In this document: piece by piece, positions 1 to 12,034 of the stretch
How the letters are laid out: each line of letters opens with the position of its first letter
How positions within the stretch are numbered: position 1 is the stretch's first letter
Source: Savitreella phatthalungensis
Lineage: Eukaryota
Length of the DNA stretch: 64,000 nt
Reading direction: 5' to 3'
NCBI GenBank assembly: GCA_051599415.1
Contig: AP039700.1
Coordinates: forward strand, 124,001 to 188,000
The notes under the pieces: generated by a model
What the model saw: only the letters and a program-made list of their open reading frames with translations
What the model was told of the DNA's origin: nothing
Databases searched by the model: none
Position numbers and translations under genes: made by a program

Positions 1-280
1 AATCGATCTCCGCGGGATGCACGCCTGCTTCGTCAAAAGCATCGCGCACGAGCCGTGTGATGTGCTGCTTGTGATGTTTAGCGGTGTGATTGGGTTGGAA
101 ACCTTCTCCTGGCGGGGTAATGTACGTGTGCCGAAGGTTGCTGAGCACCTTTGCCTTGCCTGTCACTCGCATGCTCTCTGGGCCGTCTGTCTCGAAATTG
201 TCAATCGGGTGAGCGATGATGCCAATACCTAGCTTGTTCGCGGACCCTTCGATGCCGAGACATAGCTGGTAACCTTTCAT
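1..280 (-). CDS. KAE1: tRNA N6-adenosine threonylcarbamoyltransferase, KEOPS subunit (5' part; runs off the window start)
   Basis: Not in the ORF track. Manual translation from ATG 280 gives MKGYQLCLGIEGSANKLGIGII...VLSNLRHTYITPPGEGFQPNHTAKHH..., the typical Kae1/OSGEP N-terminus (GxEGSANKLGxG, RHTYITPPGEGF). Confidence 0.95.
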   Translation of the reverse strand, partial: MKGYQLCLGIEGSANKLGIGIIAHPIDNFETDGPESMRVTGKAKVLSNLRHTYITPPGEGFQPNHTAKHHKQHITRLVRDAFDEAGVHPAEID

Positions 281-701
281 AGTTCCAACGTGTTGTATTC
301 TCTCACACCAGTTGTATCCGAACTTTGGCAGCGGTCTTGAAAGTCTCTGTCGAGAACAACTGGATCACGCAACCTGGTAGATATTGATCGAATAGATATC
401 CATGTCCCTAGCTCTACATTTGTATGCACGTTACATGACGAGCGCCTTATGCATTCAGTATATATATGTATAGTTGCATGAAGATCCAGATGCAAGGTAA
501 ACGAATAATCATGAGCACTTTCAGTCGAGTCTACCAATGTAGTGGTAACGGAACAGCGGAAAACACGAGTTATCCGCGGATGTGCTAATAGTGGACATGA
601 GTAGACACTTCGTCTATTGCCGACATTGACTCAGTAAGCAAGAGTATCAAACTTTGTCGATCATGCCATGAACAAGGAGCCAATCTTGATTGTCGAATCA
701 G

Positions 702-1952
702 ATGCGCGTCGCTGGCGAGAGCACGGACGATGAGCACCGTCAGTGGTCTCCATCTTGCCCTCCGGGGCTCACAACGCCGCAAACGCGTCGATTTCAATCA
801 TGCCATAGTCCGAGTCCATTGAGACATGACTCAGACGAAGGTGAGACGCGCCGCAGACCTACGGGCAATCTCGCGTCCGAATTAGCTGCGGTAATGGGGT
901 TAGCATCAGTGCGATCGAAAACGGACCAGCCATGCGAGGGCTTTGACCACGTCACGGGATCGCCTTGCCTCCAATCTCCGATAACAACAGACGCCCTCCA
1001 CTCAGGAACATCAGGAACATCTCTCCCCTGGACTCCGAGGCAGCCTTTCGAGACGCCACCCGTGCTCACGCTCGCGACACGCGATCTTCGAAGTACAGCT
1101 CGGACTTATCGAAGTGAATATAGTGGGGATGACTGGGGCAGCCCAGTCGCGCCAAGACGCTCTGGGCTCGGCTTGTTACTTGATGACAGACAAATCAATG
1201 CGGAAGCTGCCGGAGACGAATTATTCACGATATCGGCTATCTGGAGAGATCTATCACGAGCAAGTGCGGCCTTGTCGCCGATGCTTGGTGCTATGCCGAC
1301 ATCGCTCAGTCACCAATGGTACATCGGCCCGAGTTCCAATATGACCACAAGCGACGAAAGCGGATTAAGCAGTTTGCTTAAGGATCATCTCGGACCACCG
1401 TGCGAACGCTCCGTCGTGGCTTCGCATCATGGCACTAGCCAGCAAGAGCAGGAAGCAATCGAACTCGGCTTGACCAGACTAATATGCACCAATACATCTG
1501 CGACCGCGCGCCGTGAGGCGGCTTGCGATACGCTCAGACACGAATTATCGATTTTGCGTGCTCATCAGCTGCAAGGCAGGGCGCTGCGAGTCAGAGCAGC
1601 CGAGAATGAGGGTGAAGCATTGCTGGAGAGCATCGATGAGCTGCTTGAGGAAGTCCGTGCAGCCGCGCCTTCAGCAGCTGTCTCGCCCGACTTTCATACG
1701 AGACCATTGTCGAACCTCGGTGCGCAGCTGGTATTTCTGCGACAGGAGACGACAGACGCTGCGAAGCATTTATCGAACGTCTCCGATTCGTTACAGAGCC
1801 AGCGACGTCTTCTAGTACGTGCCGAAGAGATGCTACGAGCGTCGACTGTTCTGACGAACGATCTCGTCCGGGAATACGACCTGATTGCGCGTCTTTGTGA
1901 GGTGGAAGGTATCGAAGAACCGCAGCTCCATGTCGCCACAAGGCTGTTCTGA
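702..1952 (+). CDS. Hypothetical protein with a disordered S/T/P-rich N-terminal half and a helical/coiled-coil C-terminal half
   Basis: Long ORF with first ATG at 702, divergent from KAE1. Leu/Glu/Arg-rich helical C-terminus. Family not recognised. Confidence 0.7.
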   Translation: MRVAGESTDDEHRQWSPSCPPGLTTPQTRRFQSCHSPSPLRHDSDEGETRRRPTGNLASELAAVMGLASVRSKTDQPCEGFDHVTGSPCLQSPITTDALHSGTSGTSLPWTPRQPFETPPVLTLATRDLRSTARTYRSEYSGDDWGSPVAPRRSGLGLLLDDRQINAEAAGDELFTISAIWRDLSRASAALSPMLGAMPTSLSHQWYIGPSSNMTTSDESGLSSLLKDHLGPPCERSVVASHHGTSQQEQEAIELGLTRLICTNTSATARREAACDTLRHELSILRAHQLQGRALRVRAAENEGEALLESIDELLEEVRAAAPSAAVSPDFHTRPLSNLGAQLVFLRQETTDAAKHLSNVSDSLQSQRRLLVRAEEMLRASTVLTNDLVREYDLIARLCEVEGIEEPQLHVATRLF

Positions 1953-2363
1953 GCCTCGTTCTTGCGCGCTCAATGGTCACCGGACAACCACGGCAAGCGC
2001 TTTTATGATTATGATGACGAACAGAATGACAAGGGATGCAATAGAGATCGCTTTGAATAGGAATGCGTATAGTATTGAATCGAGACGATTGTGAGGTATT
2101 AAACATGCAGTCTCTCGCACGATTTGAACGACACCAGCGGAAGTTGCAGATGTCCTGGAGTGGCGTGCGCATTAAGGCATTATAAGCGACTCTGCGTTGG
2201 GTCCGGTTGCCTAGACAGAGTGTCGAGTCCGAGCTCTCTAGCTTTCGGAGGTCATAATAGAGACAGCTTCTCGTGGTTTGAGTGTGGGAATAAAAACGTC
2301 GTCATTGCTTGAGGTGGAAGAGGGTTGTAAAGGTCATTAAGGAAAGAGCATGCCACAGCGGCA

Positions 2364-2819
2364 TTATTCATGAATCGTCTGTTGGGCGCGCAGAGCATCG
2401 TCGCGCTGGGCCTCGATACGAGCGCGACGTTCGTTGTCTTGACGAAGTTTGCGCATGTAGAGTGGTTCAAAGCCTGATGGGTTGGCCATTTGGGTCCGGA
2501 GAGGCCGTGAGCGATTACCCTTGCCGCCATGACTCGAATGCATTGCGCGTGCGCTGAGAGATGACGTCGATGACGAAGAATGGCTAGGCGGAATGATTGG
2601 AACAACGGGTCCATGACCCGGCGGATACCTAGCAGACGGTGTCCCGCTCGCAATTGACGATGTCTCTGACGATGAAATGGAGCTTGCAGTCGAAGCCGTG
2701 CCCTCGCTTTGGTCAGACTTATAACTCCAGCGAAGACTTCCCATCGAGGAAATGGAGAAGCGCTTGGACTGCTGCCTTGCAAGCGATGCGCGATCCTTCA
2801 CGTTTTCAAAGAAGGACAT
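2364..2819 (-). CDS. Small Ser-rich hypothetical protein (151 aa)
   Basis: ATG-initiated ORF with protein-like composition and a charged helical C-terminus (RKLRQDNERRARIEAQRDDALR). Confidence 0.6.
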   Translation of the reverse strand: MSFFENVKDRASLARQQSKRFSISSMGSLRWSYKSDQSEGTASTASSISSSETSSIASGTPSARYPPGHGPVVPIIPPSHSSSSTSSLSARAMHSSHGGKGNRSRPLRTQMANPSGFEPLYMRKLRQDNERRARIEAQRDDALRAQQTIHE

Positions 2820-4555
2820 TTTTCTCTCAGCAGACTATTTGAGGCGTAAGGCAGACGATGAAAGTCGTCGACTGAGTAGCTGATTTAGCGAGCGACTAAT
2901 ACAATTTGCTTCTGCAGTGCAGCGAGTGTAGTCGGTAGGTATCCAATAAGCAATAGACACTGATTGGCCTCGGCGTTGTCGTTGCGCAAACGAACGTGAT
3001 GGCAGTGAACAAATCAAGCTCGCGTTGTCGCACAATTGTTTTCTGGCGACCTCGAAAAAGATAAAGACTGGCTCTACCGTGCCACTGCTCAAATGAATGT
3101 CGGCGCTTTCTCGATAATTTGCGAGCGAAACGAGTGTCGGAGGGTGCGTGATAGTATGTGAGCTAAACGAATGTGTTGCCAGCCGGCGAGCTCGCGTCGA
3201 GATCACGTCGGAATGATACGACCCTGCGCTCGCGTTTCCTGCGTACCTTGTCAAAAGATTGTATCCTCTTCAGTTGGCAGGCTTGTTTATCTAAGAGGTG
3301 TCTTGCCTTGTATGGTCTCTCTCGAGTCTGTGACCAACCGAGCTTCACTCGAGCATGCGTAATTGTCTATGTGAAGCGGAAGCCGTCCAACCTGCAGGAA
3401 GATCGGGGGAGGAGAGAGATGAGCAGAGAGGGAAGGTCTATCGAATTCGAATCCCTCATCGTATATTCTCGACTCGTCGGACACCTGCCTGGCTAAGCGT
3501 GAGCGAGGGGCTGGCGCGCATGTTGGAGAATCTGGTGTCGGTCGACAAATTGTTTATGTGAAGAATCACAATCTGAGCCGTCTCGATCAGGCTCTTGTGT
3601 ACAAAAGTCGAGCATTTTCCAGTTTCATAGTGACATTGATTGGACAAGGAAGCTGTAGGTGAGTGCGGTCATTTTCGATGACTAAATATTTCTCTAGAGT
3701 ACTGAGCATTCACGTCTGGTCAGAATACAGACCCCTGAGCAGATTAAGGATCAAGTAAAGCGATGGCTGACGAACTTGGGCAAGGTCAGTGACTAGGAGA
3801 TTAACTTCAATTGTCGCACGTCATGAAACGCATGTCTCTGCCAAACCCCCTTGAGTGTCTTAGCTGAGTGAGATTGCTGGAGTATGAACTTCGGCAGTTT
3901 CACTCCTACTAAGATTGCGCCGGATAGCCCTGCCAGCCTGATCGCCCATGGCTCTAAATATGCTGTGGTTTTCCATCCCGCTCAGATATATCCAGGTACT
4001 GAGATGATACACTTTTTTCCGTTCTCTCCGGTAGAGCTGCACAGTAATTACGGTAGTTGGCGTTCAGCTCATCGGACGTGAGATCGCCAAAGCCGCTCAA
4101 TAAGAAACGCATTTCTTCCTCCCAGCAAGGTAAATTCCTCGATCTGCATGCGTTCCTCGAAGCATGTTACTATTCTTAGAGAAGCGACCACATGGAGACG
4201 AAGGATTATGATAAAGTGAATATACGCTGACGTTCGAACGCCCCTGTACTTGTCAGAAAATGGCGCATTGCCGTGTAGAAGCATTGAACAATGCACTATG
4301 ATAGTGGCTACCAGGATGATGCGGAATTTCTGCATAATCGCATGCTCATGACCTGTTCCCACATCGACTTCGGACGGCATATTGACTGCCATATAAGGGA
4401 TCACGCAGCCGCCGTGAAGTTCTCTGTTTGAATTTGTTACGACTGATCTACATGATGCGCAAGACAAGTTCGCGATGACTTGCAAGGGCATACGAAACCG
4501 ATAAATTGCTGCTTCGGAGTTGATCTCGATCTGTTGCGCCCCCAGTGTTCCACCA

Positions 4556-6613
4556 TTAGACACCAACAGGCGGTGCAGCAGTCGTAGACGCACTGACTGC
4601 TAAGCATAAATTTCGTTTCGTGAAATGCACCCGGTACACAGGTGTCTGCTTTGTCCGTAAGCACAGCATATGATCACTTGTCTGCTCGAGCTCCTTTTTG
4701 CGTTCGGCCGAGGCAGCAGCAGGAGCGGCATTCACGTTCAGTGTGCCTGTTGGACCATTTGTAGTACCACCGGTCGGCCCGGCAGGTTTGCTGTCGCCGT
4801 TTGTGGCCAGGCCAGCGCCAATTGAAGCACCGCCCGCGTCCGCGTGAGCACCGCCGGAAAGAACGAGAGGCTGGTTGTTGAGCTTCTTCACATCCCATAC
4901 ACGCACTGTTGCATCGGCACCGCCGCTGACAAGCACGGAATTTTCTTGCGAAAATGTGAGCGAGTAGACGGGCGACTTCGCATGACCTTTCATCGTCTTC
5001 ATGCGACGGCCAGAGGCGATATCCCACAGCTCTATTGTGCCGTTGTCCGCACCAGCGGCAACGAGTCGTCCGTTTGGAGACACTGCACAGGAGGTTACTG
5101 GCGCTGAGCAGCCAGTGAAGACTCGGACTGACTGACCCCTGGATAGGTCCCACAATCGACAAGTCTTGTCGGAACTACCAGTGAGCACATACGTGCTATT
5201 TGGATGGAATTGCACCACATCGACGTCGCTCAGATGGCCTGCAAAGACGCGCAACGGATAGATATGATCGCAGCTCCAAAGGCGTGCTGTCATGTCGTGA
5301 CTCGCAGTGGCAAAGTAATGACCGAAGGGGCTGAAAGAAACGTCCCAAATCGGAGCATTGTGCCCGCGGTATGCTACCAAACAGCTCTGAGTGTCTAGCG
5401 ACCAGAGCCGTGCTGTCTTGTCTTCCGAACCGGATAGCACATATCGATTGTCTGGGCTGAATGTAGCTCCGTAAACTGGGCCAGAATGCCCTATCAATCG
5501 TTTCGTGCTTCGCTCGAAGGGCAAATCACGTCCGTGAGATTTGTCCTTGAGCGCCCATGCCCTGATATACGACTCCCCGAAGCCGCCGACCATCATGCTC
5601 TCGTCCGATGCAATGTCGATGCAACACAAATTATCGTGAGTGTTGTGAAAAGTGTACATGCAAACGCTCGGTAAGCTCGCCCCGGCTGCAACGCCAAGCG
5701 AGATGCGTTTGCGAGCGTCTTTGATGCCCTCAACCTCTTTCATCACGTCCAATGTCTTATAAGGTGGCATCGGCAGTGTCTCGCGGCCCGGTCCTTCGCC
5801 GGAATCTGCACGTGACTTTGTGAAACTGTCAAAGAGAGTATCAGTGGTCAAACCAAGTTTTACGTCCTCATCGGCAAGCTCGATCTCGACATCCATTTGC
5901 ATGTCCTTGTCCAGGTTCATTGCGCCGAGCTTGACAGGCTCTGAGTTGACCTCGTCTGTCTGCACCTCCGCATGGCCCTGGATGCCTTCCAGAGCGCTCG
6001 TCTCCCTGCTTGGTCGTCCGGACATCGCAATAATTTCGACATACTGATTGACGAGTCGCATGATGATTGAGCCACCTTCCGCTTCATGCTCGAATAAGAA
6101 GTTGAGCATCAAGTCGAAAGTCGAACGAGACAGGGCGAGGCGATACTTGTTCGTCCGATACAACTTGGCCATGTCATTTTCCTCAAGATGTGTTGGCAAA
6201 GTAACAGCTGAAAGCTGGCGAATATCATATCCGTGCAGGACCTCATGATCTCCAAGCCCGGACTGGAAGAATCGTTTTGCAGCATCCACGTGCTCCTTTC
6301 CGACAAGATCTAAGAAGCAGTGGACAAAGATTGGAAACAGCAGCTTGCGCATCTCGTCGCGATATATGTTGAGCGAAGCATCCACCCAATCACTTAATGA
6401 CTTATACGCATGCTCATATGCCTCTGGCGTACCATCGAGCCATGCGGCCGAGCCTTTCGCTTCTCCAAGGGCGCCGCCAGCATTTCGATTTGCCTCGAGC
6501 CGTAGAACAGCCTCTGTTCTTGTGTAACCCTTTTTGTTCAGGTAGTCAATGACGATTTTATTGAGCTCGTCAATGGAGCCCGGAGGTGCAGCAACTTGCT
6601 GCGGACGAGACAT
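4556..6613 (-). CDS. TAF5: TFIID/SAGA subunit Taf5 (LisH, NTD2 and WD40 repeats)
   Basis: YLNKKGYTRTEAVLRLE, LLFPIFVHCFLDLV, LPSVCMYTFHNT, GHSGPVYG, LWSCDHIYPLRVFAGHLSDVD, TKQTPVYRVHFTKRNL. Confidence 0.97.
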   Translation of the reverse strand: MSRPQQVAAPPGSIDELNKIVIDYLNKKGYTRTEAVLRLEANRNAGGALGEAKGSAAWLDGTPEAYEHAYKSLSDWVDASLNIYRDEMRKLLFPIFVHCFLDLVGKEHVDAAKRFFQSGLGDHEVLHGYDIRQLSAVTLPTHLEENDMAKLYRTNKYRLALSRSTFDLMLNFLFEHEAEGGSIIMRLVNQYVEIIAMSGRPSRETSALEGIQGHAEVQTDEVNSEPVKLGAMNLDKDMQMDVEIELADEDVKLGLTTDTLFDSFTKSRADSGEGPGRETLPMPPYKTLDVMKEVEGIKDARKRISLGVAAGASLPSVCMYTFHNTHDNLCCIDIASDESMMVGGFGESYIRAWALKDKSHGRDLPFERSTKRLIGHSGPVYGATFSPDNRYVLSGSEDKTARLWSLDTQSCLVAYRGHNAPIWDVSFSPFGHYFATASHDMTARLWSCDHIYPLRVFAGHLSDVDVVQFHPNSTYVLTGSSDKTCRLWDLSRGQSVRVFTGCSAPVTSCAVSPNGRLVAAGADNGTIELWDIASGRRMKTMKGHAKSPVYSLTFSQENSVLVSGGADATVRVWDVKKLNNQPLVLSGGAHADAGGASIGAGLATNGDSKPAGPTGGTTNGPTGTLNVNAAPAAASAERKKELEQTSDHMLCLRTKQTPVYRVHFTKRNLCLAVSASTTAAPPVGV

Positions 6614-7426
6614 CCGATGCGATGCACTAAGACCTGACTCCTTATACCTTCAAGGCCATGTATGCGACAACGCAAAGGGGAATTGCTTCACAATTTGCAC
6701 TTCAGGCTGGTTGCTGGTGTTGTAGTCGTCGCTGTATATTGCATACAGCACACGCGGTTATGTTTTTACCACAGCAAGCGCCTGGATGCAGGGAAACGAC
6801 AAGAGAAGAAATAATGCGGGAGACAAGAGTCCAGCTTGAATGATACAGCGCGGTGACCTCGCAGCTCGACATCTAAATATTCGTATGTGATCGATGAAGC
6901 GTTTGGCAACGTCTTCGAGTGACCTGCCCCTATGCGCGTAGAGGCCGAGCAGACGTTCTGACGAAGTCGAGATCTGGTAGCTCTACTGTGGCGCAGCTCT
7001 CCACATTTTGCGCGTGCACAGCATGCGCACTGTTGCTAGTGCCCATGCATCTAATGACTGTCCGCAAATATGTGCAGATCCACGATGCCTTCGCTGCCAG
7101 ATACAACTGATTTCAAGTCGTATGCGTACGTATGAATATGCTAGGCCAACGAATCCTTTGACCGGCCTTTTATCGCAGATATGATTTTAGGGATCAATTC
7201 TGTTGCGGCAGCGGCAAAACATTGTATGCACGGTGGCCAGCTTATGTTTGACCTGGCGCATGGGGAAAATGCAACGACCAAAAAGCGATTACGTGCACCA
7301 TTCGCTCAATACGACAGCGCCGCCCAACGTCTCTCTCCCACACGAACACTGCTAGAAAGAGCAGCGTTTGAGCTATCTTGTTGAGCGCTCCCGACAGTGA
7401 GCTAGAGCGAGGTCAAAGAATCAGCA

Positions 7427-8365
7427 ATGCCGAGCGCAACTTACTCGCGGATCAGTTCTACTGTCAGCGACCCGGATCGCCAACAAGCTGGGTCTTGCAA
7501 TACCACTGACAGTACCGAATTTGGCGCAGCGCTCGAGTCTCGCACACAGGCGCGCTATGATGCAGAGCAGTCGCATGAGCTTTCTTCGTCGTTCGAGCCA
7601 CCTACGGAGGAAGAGGAAGATGAGGAAGGTTATCAAAGCACACGAGATGCCGCTGGTGAGGGTCGGCGACTTCTTGCAGTCGAGCCAGATCCCGCACAGT
7701 TCGGTATCGTCAGTCAGAGTCATTGCTCGACTGCCGGCATAGGACTAACCAACGCGTTTAACGGTGCAGGCGCACGGGATGGAGTTTTTGCCAACATGAG
7801 CGCCAAGCCCGAAGTACACAACTCCGAGCGCGAGAAGGATGAGCATCCGCCCACCTACGAACAAGCTTCACTTGACAATGCGCCCCCCTACTGGGATTCG
7901 ACAATGTATTTACCTGGTGTTGGTGCGGACGAAGTCTTCATCGATGGTCTACCCGTGGGGCACTTCTTTGGCTTTCTCTGGAACATGCTCGTATCCATGT
8001 CTTTCCAGTTCGTTGGTTTCCTGCTAACGTACGTGCTTCATACGACGCATGCATCGAAGCACGGATCACGGGCGGGACTGGGAATAACGCTCATCCAATA
8101 CGGATTTTATTTGCGTACGCCGAGTACAACTGCAGGCGACGAGTTGCCCGAGGATGGATCCACCTCGCCGCACTCATTCAGGGATGCGCTGGGCTCTCGT
8201 CTTGAGATCGCTGCTTATGTGCTCATTATTGCAGGCTGGCTTCTGCTGACGAAAAGCACAGCCGATTTTCTGCGCGTCAGGCGCATGGAGCAATGTGTCC
8301 GTGAGACTTCGGCCAATGGCACGAGTGCCGCTCAGACCATCAACACGCCCGAAGAGGCAGTGTAA
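7427..8365 (+). CDS. BSD2: Bsd2-like metal homeostasis protein / Rsp5 adaptor (NDFIP family)
   Basis: DGVFANMSAKP, PPTYEQA..DNAPPYW (PY motifs), GLPVGHFFGFLWNMLVSMSFQFVGFLLTYVLHTTHASKHGSRAGLGITLIQYG; three TM segments. Confidence 0.93.
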   Translation: MPSATYSRISSTVSDPDRQQAGSCNTTDSTEFGAALESRTQARYDAEQSHELSSSFEPPTEEEEDEEGYQSTRDAAGEGRRLLAVEPDPAQFGIVSQSHCSTAGIGLTNAFNGAGARDGVFANMSAKPEVHNSEREKDEHPPTYEQASLDNAPPYWDSTMYLPGVGADEVFIDGLPVGHFFGFLWNMLVSMSFQFVGFLLTYVLHTTHASKHGSRAGLGITLIQYGFYLRTPSTTAGDELPEDGSTSPHSFRDALGSRLEIAAYVLIIAGWLLLTKSTADFLRVRRMEQCVRETSANGTSAAQTINTPEEAV

Positions 8366-8856
8366 GCTTATAGTTGCTACGAGACCGGTAGACGCAATTC
8401 ATGACTTGTAATCATATCAAGAGCTGCAAATAACATGATCGATGCGGACGTCTTCATCAGGCAGTGCCAGGCGATCTCGATCCAGGTTGGACCCAGGTCT
8501 ACATTACCCCCGTCCACGTGCACGGCTGGAGCGGCGCTTGACGGCAGATCACTGAAATTCGGTTCGAATTGTCGAGCGTCGTTGCCGGAGGAAATTTGAC
8601 AAACATTGAGGAACACGTGCGCAGACTGATCAGACAATTCTCTTTCAGAGAGGAACAGCGAGAAATCGGGAGTTTGCACCAGGCACCCGTGTGCACAAAT
8701 TCTTAGCAGTCCTGTGAAAATTAAGATTTCTCAAACTATGGACGGTGGAGAGTTCTATGCACTGTCGGGGTCGTGGAATTCTCATTCCATCCACGACACC
8801 GTACGTGCGCCCGTGAAAAAGACCGGAAGTTGCAGTAACCTTCAATTCATCGCACC

Positions 8857-9228
8857 ATGGCGCCGACAAAGAAGGAATCCAAGAAGACGACGCGTTCTGC
8901 TGTCAATGATGTCGTGACCCGCGACTACACCATCCACTTGCACAAGCACGTCTTCGGCGTTCAATTCAAGAAGCGCGCTCCATGGGCAGTCAAGGCTATC
9001 AAGCAGTTCGCTTCAAAGCATATGGGTACCAAGGACGTTCGTCTCGACCCTCAGCTGAACAAAGAGATCTGGAAGATGGGCGTCAAGGCCGTCCCTCACC
9101 GCATGCGTCTCCGCATCGCCCGCAAGCGTAACGACGAGGAGGGCGCAAAGGAGAAGCTCTACTCATACGTCTCGCATGTCCCTGGAGAGACCGTCAAGGG
9201 GCTACACACCACTGTCGTTGAGGCATAA
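8857..9228 (+). CDS. RPL31: 60S ribosomal protein L31 (eL31), intronless
   Basis: DVVTRDYTIHLHKHVFGVQFKKRAPWAVKAIK...DVRLDPQLNK...RKRNDEEGAKEKLYS; strong codon bias. Confidence 0.98.
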   Translation: MAPTKKESKKTTRSAVNDVVTRDYTIHLHKHVFGVQFKKRAPWAVKAIKQFASKHMGTKDVRLDPQLNKEIWKMGVKAVPHRMRLRIARKRNDEEGAKEKLYSYVSHVPGETVKGLHTTVVEA

Positions 9229-10131
9229 GAGGTTCCGCACCCAGACTGGCCCCTTCACGACTGTATCACGACACTTTCCTTTGCATCTAAAAATCCAGTG
9301 GTCGGATTTTAGATCCGACGCTGCGTACAGCTCAAGAACAATCAAAGCTTTTCACCTTCTGAAACGCATCTGTCCTTCTACTGGGCCTCAAGTGAAGTTG
9401 CCATGGAAACATTGTCTCTCTTGGACAGCGTTCACCTGCTACTTATGATCTTCGAGATACCCGGACACTTCCCTTTCCCGTGGCGAATTTCGTTGATTGT
9501 GCTCGAATTGTGCGTCTCCCTTCAGTGTGTTCGTGTTATGCCCCAAGCGCGGCTGTGCGTGAGCTCTACCTTACTCTGCCGCTTAGTCGCAATTTGCATG
9601 ACTGCGTGCTGCTCCGCTCGAGTGCTCATCTTCGACTGTCTTGCACGTGCAAATCATAGTGTATTTAGCACAATCTTGGTGATAGACAGATGGAAAGATA
9701 ACGGGGCGGTGCAAGCTCAGCCTCTGAGGTAATTTTGGAAGTTAGCAGGGCTGGCAGCCGTCAATGTCATCAACTAGAAAGCGCCTGCACTATCGTTTGC
9801 ACGTCGCCTTCCAACTGTCGCCCAACACTGTTTGTGCTGGTTCAGCTAGCCAAGTATTCTGCAAGAAAGGAGGAGCTGCTCGGCAATGGCTGCCATCTTC
9901 CATGACGCGTTCCCTCTTGCCAAGGCGGCCCGATCCGTCTGATCGCTGCCTACGCCCGTACCCTAAGCTCGCAATTGCACAGCGACCAGGGCATCTCCAC
10001 TGGACGCGAATCCTGTCTTCCCTGAGTCCTGCGGAATCTTGCTTGCCGCCTTGACGGAATGCTTGCAGTGCTCAAGAAGATGTTGTGGGTGAGAGTATTG
10101 AAAGTACTACGCTTCCTGCTTCAGCAAGTGC

Positions 10132-11790
10132 ATGTACAAGATCCGCCAATCGGCCCACAATGAAGTCTTTGGGAACCTGACTCCCGGATCGAGCCTCGCC
10201 GGCAGGTCGCCAGCAGGCTCGCGCAATCAGTCTCCCTTCCGATCTCGACCTGTGGTCGAACAGCCTGGTACGAGCGATGTACTGAAGCCCGACAAGCTAG
10301 ATGTCACGACTCTCGGGAGTGCCTCTGCAGATGACACTCAAAATCCACTGAGTGCTGTGAACACTAGCGCTTCTGATGGCGTGGCTTTTGAGCTGACGCG
10401 CTTTGCGTCAACCGGTGAAACTCACGCGCATGTTCCGCACATCACAGTCGAGCGCGCATTGGTCCAGACCACCACGGATCCCTCGTCCGCGCAAGGAAGT
10501 GCTCCGATGCAGCCTGGTCGAAATAACTCGACTCGGCTTGAGTCATTCTTGCGCATTATGCGCACTATCATCTTTTTCTCTTGGATAAATGTCCTGCTTG
10601 TCATGGTACCCGTCGCGATAGCAGTGCACTTCACAACAACGAGCGCCGTGGCGATCTTCGTCACTTCGACGCTCGCAATTATTCCGCTCGCAGCTCTGCT
10701 GGGTTTTGCCACCGAGGAACTCGCAAAGCGATTTGGGCCAGCGACCGGGGCCCTGCTGAATGTGACGTTCGGAAACGCCACAGAATTGATTGTTTTCATC
10801 TTCGGCATAATCAACGGTGAGGTTGGCGTAGTACAAGCCGCCATCATCGGGTCGGTCTTGAGCAATCTACTGCTCGTGCTCGGCATGGCCTTCTGCATTG
10901 GTGGATTCCGTTTCAAGGAGCAGTACTACAACAACACCGTGTCCCAAACCACCGGTTGCTGTCTCTTGCTTGCCACTCTGTCTCTATCGATGCCAACAGC
11001 CTTCCACGCATCATTCTCGGACTCTGTTCAGGCAGACAAGCAGGTACTGAAGCTTTCTTACGCGACCAGTATCGTGTTGCTTCTACTCTATGGTGTATAT
11101 CTGATGTTCCAGCTCCGCACTCACACTTACCTCTACAAGTCGGTCTCCGTGGGCGAGCATGTTCGATCCAATTCCCTGAGCGTTGCAGAGGCGCCAACGC
11201 ATCGATCGACCATGGACGATATTGAGACAGCCACAGCATTGAGTCGCTCTCCGTCCACGATCGCCAATCAGCTGGATGATCAGGCCGAGGACGAGACTCC
11301 ACAGATTCCGGTCATCGCTTCAGTCGTCTTGCTACTCGCGAGTACGGGTCTAGTGGCAGTGTGTGCGGAGTTCATGGTCTCGTCAATCAGCGACCTGGTA
11401 GCGACAACTGCGATATCGGCCCAATTTGTGGGTCTGATCCTCATTCCGATAGTGGGAAATGCAGCGGAACACCTGACAGCTGTGACTGTTGCGTACAAGG
11501 ACAAAATGGACCTCGCTCTTGGCATCACTCTGGGCTCATCTTTGCAAATAGTCCTTTTAGTCGCTCCGATCAGCGTGCTGCTTGGCTGGGGTGTCGGTCA
11601 GCCTCTTACACTGTGGTTTTCGCTCTTTGAGACATTGGCTGTCTTTGCAACAGTCGCTATCGTGACATATCTCGTCATTGACGGCAGATCGAACTATCTC
11701 GAAGGTGCATTGCTCATGGCGGCGTACGTGCTCATCGCCATCGCCTCGCTTCTATATCCCTCAGCTTCAGAGGAGAGTGGAGGGCTTTAG
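10132..11790 (+). CDS. VCX1: Vacuolar Ca2+/H+ exchanger (CAX family)
   Basis: Alpha-repeat motifs LLNVTFGNATELI and LIPIVGNAAEH; GSVLSNLLLVLG, FQLRTH, DGRSNYLEG; about 11 TM segments. Confidence 0.93.
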   Translation: MYKIRQSAHNEVFGNLTPGSSLAGRSPAGSRNQSPFRSRPVVEQPGTSDVLKPDKLDVTTLGSASADDTQNPLSAVNTSASDGVAFELTRFASTGETHAHVPHITVERALVQTTTDPSSAQGSAPMQPGRNNSTRLESFLRIMRTIIFFSWINVLLVMVPVAIAVHFTTTSAVAIFVTSTLAIIPLAALLGFATEELAKRFGPATGALLNVTFGNATELIVFIFGIINGEVGVVQAAIIGSVLSNLLLVLGMAFCIGGFRFKEQYYNNTVSQTTGCCLLLATLSLSMPTAFHASFSDSVQADKQVLKLSYATSIVLLLLYGVYLMFQLRTHTYLYKSVSVGEHVRSNSLSVAEAPTHRSTMDDIETATALSRSPSTIANQLDDQAEDETPQIPVIASVVLLLASTGLVAVCAEFMVSSISDLVATTAISAQFVGLILIPIVGNAAEHLTAVTVAYKDKMDLALGITLGSSLQIVLLVAPISVLLGWGVGQPLTLWFSLFETLAVFATVAIVTYLVIDGRSNYLEGALLMAAYVLIAIASLLYPSASEESGGL

Positions 11791-12034
11791 GCATCGAAAT
11801 TCACTCCCCGGTACGCACATACTCACTGTACCGAAAAGCGTTTATATCTCGAGAAGAGCTGGTTACATCAAGTTGGTTTCTATAGTTTATGATCATTTGC
11901 TTTGATGCACAAGAACCTTGACCGGCCATGTACATGCAAGATACAACATGTGAACTTCCATTTTGGGTCCACGACTGTCTGAATCCTGCTCAAGGAGCAA
12001 GCTATAGACGCAAACAGACCTCTACGCGGGCGTC

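Noticed and set aside
4069..4593. 174-aa minus-strand ORF downstream of TAF5
   Set aside because: Overlaps the TAF5 3' end and has no recognisable motifs or coding bias.
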